A stretch of DNA of 11,383 nucleotides from Promethearchaeota archaeon. GTDB lineage: Archaea > Asgardarchaeota > Hermodarchaeia > Hermodarchaeales > Hermodarchaeaceae. The notes beneath the pieces were generated by a model, which saw only the letters and a program-made list of their open reading frames with translations, was not told the origin of the DNA and made no database searches. This document shows, one piece after another, positions 1 through 5,968 of the stretch. The stretch's first letter is position 1. Every line of letters starts with the position of its first letter. The stretch lies in contig JBHLPR010000071.1 of assembly GCA_048939245.1 (NCBI GenBank), positions 1 through 11,383 on the forward strand, given 5' to 3'. The position numbers and the translations under genes are program-made.

Positions 1-21
1 TGCTCGTTTTTGTTCTGTCAA
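1..21 (-). CDS. Possible 5' end of a divergent gene running off the left edge (TTG-TEQKRA...)
   Basis: On the minus strand, TTG ACA GAA CAA AAA CGA GCA is preceded by AGGTTG. Only 7 codons are visible. Confidence 0.2.
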
Positions 22-158
22 TGCATTAACAACCTACATTCTGCGCGCATAATGAAGGTGAAATAGTGTTCAAATAATGGCAATATGTCCTTTAAGTTTT
101 GATGCTTCTGCAAAGTTTTAGAATAACAGTGTTAACCGCAAAAGTGCAATCATTCCTC

Positions 159-208
159 TTTTATAATCCTTTAATAGCAGTTCAATGATGATTGTAATAA
201 TTGGTGAG
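159..208 (+). promoter_or_regulatory. Putative archaeal promoter (TATA-like) and SD for the 214..1107 gene
   Basis: TTTTATAA at about 159-166 and CTTTAATA at about 170-177; GGTGAG at 203-208 just upstream of TTG at 214. Confidence 0.45.
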
Positions 209-213
209 CTCTC

Positions 214-1107
214 TTGAGGGTACGGGGAGTACTCTTATTCTGTCTTATTATGGAGCTGTTATTGTTTCTTAGTTTTTCTCAGCCCTCGAATACGTTAATT
301 GTTAGCAGCGCCTTTTATTTTGAAGGATTTTATCAACGGGCTACTCAGGAAAATCATGGAGACATATTTGCATCCAATCTTAGAACGAATTGTCGAATCA
401 CCATCCTTGAAGAAATTATTCAAGGATCTCATTACAGTGTGAATTTCCAAGGTTATGCTGGCTATGATTATTATTTGACTAATGTTTTCTTGAATACGAA
501 TTCATCGGTTAATACAAGTAACAATATCATGTCTTTTGAATTGAATACGTATGATCCTGACGGGAATAATCGTTCACAGCCATTTAATATCGAAAATACT
601 CCCTCCAGTTATCCCATATCTGAATGTAACATCTTTCTGGTTAATCCTAATTGGAATGCTCACACGCCCACTTGGGCTTTATCGGTTGAAAATATGCAAC
701 AAAACTGGTGTGTAAATTGTGCCTTGAGCACAGCTTTCACCAACGGGATGGGAAAATTTCAGTATTCTATCGTAGTTAATGTTGAGGATAGTTTGACTAT
801 AGCAGGAAATAGCCAAGATTTCAATGGAACAACGACCTTTAGCTTCGTTAGTTCTTATGATACAGATGGAGTACTCATACAATATTCATACGAGACCTCT
901 ACCTATTACTATGAAGATAATAATGCACTGAAGCTAACGAGTTTGGTGACGTATACACGGGTTACTACAATTCCTCTCATTACCTCGATTTATCCATTTG
1001 TGCTCTCTCAGCTCATTTTAACTGCCATAGTACTCGTAATTGGGGTTAGTATTGGTTTTTGGGTGGGCAAACGGCAAAGGCGTCCTCAAACTGAAAGTAG
1101 CGAATAA
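214..1107 (+). CDS. Hypothetical single-pass membrane/cell-surface glycoprotein (N-terminal signal or anchor, Asn/Ser/Thr-rich ectodomain, C-terminal TM helix, short basic tail)
   Basis: 297-aa ORF. MRVR followed by hydrophobic GVLLFCLIMELLLFLSF; C-terminal hydrophobic FVLSQLILTAIVLVIGVSIGFWVG followed by KRQRR; N-X-S/T sequons NSS, NTS, NRS, NGT; SD-like GGTGAG upstream. No family recognised. Confidence 0.75.
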   Translation: MRVRGVLLFCLIMELLLFLSFSQPSNTLIVSSAFYFEGFYQRATQENHGDIFASNLRTNCRITILEEIIQGSHYSVNFQGYAGYDYYLTNVFLNTNSSVNTSNNIMSFELNTYDPDGNNRSQPFNIENTPSSYPISECNIFLVNPNWNAHTPTWALSVENMQQNWCVNCALSTAFTNGMGKFQYSIVVNVEDSLTIAGNSQDFNGTTTFSFVSSYDTDGVLIQYSYETSTYYYEDNNALKLTSLVTYTRVTTIPLITSIYPFVLSQLILTAIVLVIGVSIGFWVGKRQRRPQTESSE

Positions 1108-1170
1108 CTTAATTGGGTTGATTTTTTAGTGCGGGTTTCTGGTTTCCTAAACAATATACTTCCTTTCCAG

Positions 1171-1214
1171 GAGGCAATCAAGACTGTTTATGTGAAAATC
1201 CACTAGACTGCCTC
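1171..1214. terminator. Imperfect inverted repeat (hairpin) between convergent genes; possible terminator or 3' structure
   Basis: GAGGCAATCAAG (1171-1182) versus CTAGACTGCCTC (1203-1214): 10/12 complementary, 11/12 with a G-U pair on the minus strand, 20-nt loop. T-run at 1122-1127 downstream of the + gene. Confidence 0.35.
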
Positions 1215-1236
1215 TCTTCACTCTTTCATTTCTAGC

Positions 1237-2448
1237 TTATTCGATGGGTACCTTTTTTCCGTTGATATAAACCTCTGTAACTTCACTATAGAATTCGAAG
1301 GGATGGTCTGACCAGACGACAATATCGGCGTCTTTTCCAGGTTCAAAGGACCCAATTCGGTCTTGTAAGTTGAGGATTTCAGCTGGATTGATTGTGACGC
1401 ATTTCAAGGCGTCTTCCCGGCTCATGCCTGCCTTGATACAGTACATGGGCAGAAGAGGAAAGTAGAACATTGGGGTGAGTGAATCAGTTTGGAGTGCAAC
1501 CTTGACTCCAGCTTCGTTAAGAATAACAGCGGTTTTGAAGCCCTTTTCTTTGACTTCGGCTTTAGTCGACCAATAAATGGTGGGTCCGATAACAGCGGGG
1601 TATGGTTTCTTCGCAAGGAATTTTGAAATTTTGTGGCCTTCTGTGCAATGTATGAGGACCAAACGGAGATTGAATTCTTCAGCGATTCGAATAATGGTCG
1701 CTATGTCATCTGCACGATGACAGTGGGCATGGAGTGGAATTTCTCGCTTGAGAATCTTGGCAATGGTTTCTTGCCCGAGGTCTCGTTTGGGTGGTTTTGG
1801 CACTGCTTCTCCTTTCTCTTTAGCTTCTTTGGCTTTAGCACCAAAGGCTTTCCATTCGTCGAGATAATTCTGACCATCAGTGAAGGTTTTTCGAAGCAAA
1901 GCAGCAATGCCCATCCGGGTCATTGGCATTCGCTTGTTCTCATGTCCATGGATTCGTTTGGGATTTTCGCCCAAAGCGATTTTTAACCCTGACGGGGACA
2001 GGACAATCATCTTTTCTACAACGGTTTCTGGAACCGGTTTAAATGTAAAAGCTTCTCCTGAGACAACATTTCCTGATCCTGGGCCAGTGTTGACGGTGGT
2101 TACGCCACCTTTAAGAATCTCTTTGATGGATTCTTCAAATGGGTGAAAACCATCCTTTCCTCGCATTTCAGGGGTAATGGGCGTGGTCATTTCGTTTCCA
2201 TCCATCCCCATTGGACCAATGGTAGCGTCAAAAAGACCATGATGTGCATGGGCTTCCACAAATCCAGGAACGACATATTGCCCTTCCACATCAATGGTCT
2301 TAGTGTTACTTGGAATTGCAATAGCTTTGCCAACTTTGACAATCTTGCCTCGATCGAAGAGAATAGTCCCGTTTTCTATGAGTCCTTGTACAGGACAGAA
2401 AATTGTCGCATTGATTATAGCCCTCAACAAAGTCACCTGACTACTCAT
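1237..2448 (-). CDS. Metal-dependent amidohydrolase (imidazolonepropionase-like/urease superfamily TIM barrel)
   Basis: N-terminal beta-sandwich ..IDVEGQYVVPGFVEAHAHHG (HxH), GGVTTV, LKIALGENPK (candidate carboxylated Lys), HAHCHRADD, LIHCTEG, QTDS, TINPAEIL..DRIGSFEPGKDADIVVW. ATG at 2448 (MSSQV) preferred over TTG at 2457. Confidence 0.9.
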   Translation of the reverse strand: MSSQVTLLRAIINATIFCPVQGLIENGTILFDRGKIVKVGKAIAIPSNTKTIDVEGQYVVPGFVEAHAHHGLFDATIGPMGMDGNEMTTPITPEMRGKDGFHPFEESIKEILKGGVTTVNTGPGSGNVVSGEAFTFKPVPETVVEKMIVLSPSGLKIALGENPKRIHGHENKRMPMTRMGIAALLRKTFTDGQNYLDEWKAFGAKAKEAKEKGEAVPKPPKRDLGQETIAKILKREIPLHAHCHRADDIATIIRIAEEFNLRLVLIHCTEGHKISKFLAKKPYPAVIGPTIYWSTKAEVKEKGFKTAVILNEAGVKVALQTDSLTPMFYFPLLPMYCIKAGMSREDALKCVTINPAEILNLQDRIGSFEPGKDADIVVWSDHPFEFYSEVTEVYINGKKVPIE

Positions 2449-2491
2449 TATGAGCAAAAGCTACGAAAAGTTTTGGGTAATCAAAGAAATG

Positions 2492-3106
2492 CTAATCTTT
2501 CGGTTTCCGAAGCTTGGGGAAGATAGCGCCTGTTCGTTGTTGATATTTCCGGTATTTGTCACCAAACCGTTCAATCAGGTCTTTCTCCTCATAATGAATA
2601 ATAATGGGGCTGATAGTGAGAATCATAATAGTGGACCAAAGCACAAGAAAGAGGGAGTTGAGGAATAATGGGATGATAACAAACCAAGGCATTTCTCCAA
2701 CAGCTTGCGGATGACGAATGTAATTATAAATTCCGCCATACAGCTCAGTTGAGGGCGACGGCTCCATGGTTTCTTTTCCCGCATCCTTTATGCCTTTGAT
2801 CCAGATGGGAGTGAAAATACAGGCAAGAATAAGACCGATAAAAATACTAACCAGCCAATTGGGATTTACCAGCCATGCTAAGGCTTGAATCGGAAACCAC
2901 AACCATACAATCATATTAATGACTATGACAAACATCAGAATACCAGCGATGAATCGATCTCGCTTCGCGATTTTCCAGGCTAATTCACCAAGTTGTTTTG
3001 CACGAGTATAAGGTTGGACACTGCGGATGTAAAACCACCAGCACATTATTGTTATTATGTTTAAAACAAGAAAGTTAATCCAAGGAATAGCTAGTTGAAT
3101 TTGCAT
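2492..3106 (-). CDS. Isoprenylcysteine carboxyl methyltransferase (ICMT/Ste14/PEMT) family integral membrane methyltransferase
   Basis: Several TM helices and the family motifs GIYNYIRHPQAVG and EEKDLIERFGDKYRKYQQRTGAIFP. GGTGA SD upstream of the ATG. Confidence 0.88.
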   Translation of the reverse strand: MQIQLAIPWINFLVLNIITIMCWWFYIRSVQPYTRAKQLGELAWKIAKRDRFIAGILMFVIVINMIVWLWFPIQALAWLVNPNWLVSIFIGLILACIFTPIWIKGIKDAGKETMEPSPSTELYGGIYNYIRHPQAVGEMPWFVIIPLFLNSLFLVLWSTIMILTISPIIIHYEEKDLIERFGDKYRKYQQRTGAIFPKLRKPKD

Positions 3107-3145
3107 TCAGTCACCCGTAAAGGATTCTACGAGAAGATTGATTTT

Positions 3146-3940
3146 TCAACTATTTAAGCGGCTTCGGAGTTCGGGGATCAATGCTTTGATTGATTGTATA
3201 GCAGGAGAGTTGGGGGCGAAATCAATAGGTGCCGAACCTTCAATATTTGCCTGGCGAATGGCTTTATCAAATGGGATAATGGTTAACAACGGGATTCCCA
3301 TTTCTTTGAGCGTTTTTTCAATTACTGTTTGATCTACCTCATCCATCACCTTGTTTCCCACGGCAAAGACCGTATCCACGCCGATATCATGAGCTAGTTT
3401 CTTGATTCGAGCTACAGTATTGATAGATGTTTTGCCAGGTTCAACGACGATTATGAGCGCATCCATACCTTGAGAAGTTCCACGTCCCAAGTTTTCGATG
3501 CCCGCCTCAAGGTCCATAACAAAAGCTTCGTCGCTAGCTACAATCAAGTAGCGGATTAGCGCCTTAAGAAGTGCACCAGCTGGACACATACAACCTGACC
3601 CTCCAATAGTAACCGTTCCTGCTACTAAGAGTGTGGTATTATCAGGACCAGGAATCCCGAATTTATTAGCCAAGTCTGAAACGCGCGGGTTGAGTTTGAA
3701 CATACCACCATAGGTTTTCTTGTCCATTCCCGTTCGTTCTTCGACCAATTCATCATTTTCGGTGAGAGGAACGATTTTTTCTGCAACCTCTGGCGGTATT
3801 CCCAGGGTTGTCGCTAAGGATGGTGTTGGATCCGCATCGACTGCAAGTACTTGGATATTTTCTTGTCCGAGGAACCGTGCAAGGGTTCCAGCGACTAGAG
3901 TTTTTCCAACACCACCTTTTCCTGCAACTGCAATTTTCAT
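3146..3940 (-). CDS. cooC: CooC/AcsF-type nickel-insertion ATPase (CODH/ACS maturation factor, MinD/ParA class)
   Basis: MKIAVAGKGGVGKT deviant Walker A, AVDADP, Ni-binding GCMCP (CxC), MDLEAGIENLGRGT, VVEP, VGNKV. ATG at 3940 (alternative GTG at 3949). Confidence 0.92.
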   Translation of the reverse strand: MKIAVAGKGGVGKTLVAGTLARFLGQENIQVLAVDADPTPSLATTLGIPPEVAEKIVPLTENDELVEERTGMDKKTYGGMFKLNPRVSDLANKFGIPGPDNTTLLVAGTVTIGGSGCMCPAGALLKALIRYLIVASDEAFVMDLEAGIENLGRGTSQGMDALIIVVEPGKTSINTVARIKKLAHDIGVDTVFAVGNKVMDEVDQTVIEKTLKEMGIPLLTIIPFDKAIRQANIEGSAPIDFAPNSPAIQSIKALIPELRSRLNS

Positions 3941-4006
3941 AGTGGGCACCGTAATTCGTAGTAGCTTTATTGGTGCTTAAAGGCTTACCAATTATCCAAA
4001 TGGCAA

Positions 4007-5323
4007 CTAGCTAATTTGATTAAGTAGTTGGCGAAGTAGCTCTTCTTCGCTGTGAACCCCCTTGGGTGGTTGACTGAAGGGTTGTAACTGGATGGCTGTT
4101 CCATCCATTCGATAGACCGTCCCTTGAGTCTCAGCACCAGTAAGTGCAACGGGAAATACAATCGTAGATCGCTTTGAAGTAAGAGTTGGCTGTGTCGAAA
4201 AGGTGATTATCGGCAGATTGGATAGCACTTTTGCTACCGGTCCTGGAAGGAAGCTTAACCCATCCCAACTAGCGATGACAATACAGTCAAATTCACTATT
4301 AAGAATGCTCTCTTCGATTGAGTTGATTTGTTTTACTTTTTCTGAACTAAAGTCAACGGTAAATGGAAACTTAGTACTCTCTACAGTTGTTTTTACCGCA
4401 CCAATCGTGTTACAATGCCAAATCATTGGCAGAATCCAACATTTCTGGTTACCACGATTGAGAAGTTTCTTCAACTTGGCAAGTAAGGGTAAAGTTAGGT
4501 CAGAATGCATTGAGTGTATTAACCCGTTTCCATAAAATAAGGCTACATATTCTGCGTCACGAAGCTGTTTTGCAAAGCTCAAGAACTCAATGGAGGGAAC
4601 ACCACCCACTTTTTCTGGTAAGCGATCTTGGGTTCCTTCAAGTTCCTTAATCAAATATTGGAAAAATTCTACATCTCCAGTACCTGGAGATAAAATGAGT
4701 TGATGATTCGCTAATCGCATGGATTCGGTTTCTCGGATATCAATAACAGCCACAATTCGGCTTTCGCGACCTTCTGGGACATTCTTTCCTTTCGGAAACA
4801 CCGTGAAGCGACTGGCATGTCGGTGGTGGCTCTCTGCAGGATTAACACCCCAATAAACGATGTGATCTGAAAAATCGCGAACCTTATCCAGATTTAGGTA
4901 TCCTGCTTCGCCACCGTTAAGCTTTGTATCTAATAGGTGACCGTATTCAAAACTCGCGGTGCTATCAAAAACGCCCCTAGTCTGCTGAGCAAGTTCTAAA
5001 CCAATTTGGATGCTTTCTTGGGTACTATTGGACCAGCCTAAATAAAGTACTTTTTTAGCTTCCTGTAGAAGCATAACTGCTTGCTGCATTGCCACCTCCA
5101 TGGGAACGGTTTTCAGTTTTCCCGTCTTTGTCCTTTGAAGGGGTTTCTTTAACCGAGATTTATTAAAAATAGAAGCGCAATATTCATGACCGAGTCGACA
5201 AAGACCAAGTGATTGCAGCTTATTTTTTTTCATCGATACTGCTACGTCATCACAGACCACGGAGCAACCACAACATACCGTATCCTGCACGATGAATTCC
5301 CTTCCGCTAGTGGTGAGAAGCAA
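4007..5323 (-). CDS. fwdB: Formylmethanofuran dehydrogenase subunit B (FwdB/FmdB)-like protein with degenerate active site
   Basis: VCCGCSVVCDD...CRLG ([4Fe-4S] ligands), GWS, DSTAS, IVYWGVNPAESHHRHASR, VIDIRETES, GAETQGTVYRMDG; the 438-aa length fits FwdB. Canonical TASVCHG reads TASFEYG and MRGHYN reads MIWHCN. TTG start lies 2 bp after the upstream stop. Confidence 0.85.
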   Translation of the reverse strand: MLLTTSGREFIVQDTVCCGCSVVCDDVAVSMKKNKLQSLGLCRLGHEYCASIFNKSRLKKPLQRTKTGKLKTVPMEVAMQQAVMLLQEAKKVLYLGWSNSTQESIQIGLELAQQTRGVFDSTASFEYGHLLDTKLNGGEAGYLNLDKVRDFSDHIVYWGVNPAESHHRHASRFTVFPKGKNVPEGRESRIVAVIDIRETESMRLANHQLILSPGTGDVEFFQYLIKELEGTQDRLPEKVGGVPSIEFLSFAKQLRDAEYVALFYGNGLIHSMHSDLTLPLLAKLKKLLNRGNQKCWILPMIWHCNTIGAVKTTVESTKFPFTVDFSSEKVKQINSIEESILNSEFDCIVIASWDGLSFLPGPVAKVLSNLPIITFSTQPTLTSKRSTIVFPVALTGAETQGTVYRMDGTAIQLQPFSQPPKGVHSEEELLRQLLNQIS

Positions 5324-5325
5324 TA

Positions 5326-5793
5326 CTACCAGATTTCAATGGCGTTAACGTAACAGCCTTGTTCACAGACGCGACAATTCATTCGTTCGGGGGGGAAACG
5401 TCGACATTTTTCCAGGTTGATGATCTTGACGGTTCCATCCTCGACGCGGAAGACAGTTTCTGTCGTTCGGGCTGCCTTCCCTGAAGCGGTGTTAGGCTCA
5501 GCTGAGGCATCTACTGGACATACAACCACGCAGTTACCACAACCGGTACATATCGTCTCATCGAGTTTGATACCAGTCTCTTCTGTGTCTAGTAGCGGGC
5601 TTAAGATGTCATTTAGTTTTGAGAGTTGTTCCTTGTACTGTTCTTCTTCGAAAAGAGGTGTGCAGTCTTTAAGCTCAACTTCCCTGAGAGCAAGGCGTGT
5701 GGCGAAGGCCATACAGGTCATGCCACACTTTTTACAATTGGTCTGAGGTAAAAGCTTGTACAATTGCATTGGATTGACTTTCGCTTCTGCCAT
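5326..5793 (-). CDS. fwdG: FwdG-like ferredoxin: N-terminal FeS domain (CdhE/AcsC/RnfB N-terminal type) fused to a 2x[4Fe-4S] ferredoxin
   Basis: LYKLLPQTNCKKCGMTCMAFA..CTPL; CTGCGNCVVVCP; CRRFPPERMNCRVCEQGC; lies directly upstream of the fwdB-like gene, as in fwdGB(D) operons. Confidence 0.78.
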   Translation of the reverse strand: MAEAKVNPMQLYKLLPQTNCKKCGMTCMAFATRLALREVELKDCTPLFEEEQYKEQLSKLNDILSPLLDTEETGIKLDETICTGCGNCVVVCPVDASAEPNTASGKAARTTETVFRVEDGTVKIINLEKCRRFPPERMNCRVCEQGCYVNAIEIW

Positions 5794-5879
5794 CTACTCA
5801 CGACACAGCCTACAGTTACTGTTTTCAGATTTCTCCCTTTATCTCTTGGGTAACAACCAGAAGATTCGATGTACCAGTC

Positions 5880-5966
5880 GCCTTAATAATTAAAGCCCTA
5901 GATGGTAACGTAAAAAGTGTTAAAGCCTTTATTACCGCCTGAAACCATGGAGAACATAATAGGTGA
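5880..5966. promoter_or_regulatory. Divergent promoter region between fwdG and hdrA-mvhD
   Basis: 169-bp intergenic region (5794-5962). TTTAATTA on the minus strand (about 5894-5887); AAGCC-TTTATTA on the plus strand (5923-5934); TTAAAGCC at 5890 and 5920; SD-like AGGTGA at 5961-5966. Confidence 0.5.
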
Positions 5967-5968
5967 CC

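Noticed and set aside
1171-1214. Hairpin as a SECIS element
   Set aside because: Neither flanking gene has an in-frame UGA and I see no convincing SECIS core.
1237-2457. Amidohydrolase as bona fide FwdA
   Set aside because: Too short (about 400 aa versus roughly 570 aa), and its motifs (KIALGENPK, HCHRADD) fit a generic metal-dependent hydrolase subfamily.
2492-3106. ICMT homolog as evidence of eukaryote-like CAAX prenylation
   Set aside because: The family is widespread in prokaryotes, and no prenyltransferase or CAAX-ending protein is visible in this window.
5326-5793. Truncated CdhE/AcsC (corrinoid Fe-S protein) pseudogene
   Set aside because: Only the small FeS domain is shared; it is cleanly fused to a ferredoxin and sits upstream of fwdB, as expected for FwdG.
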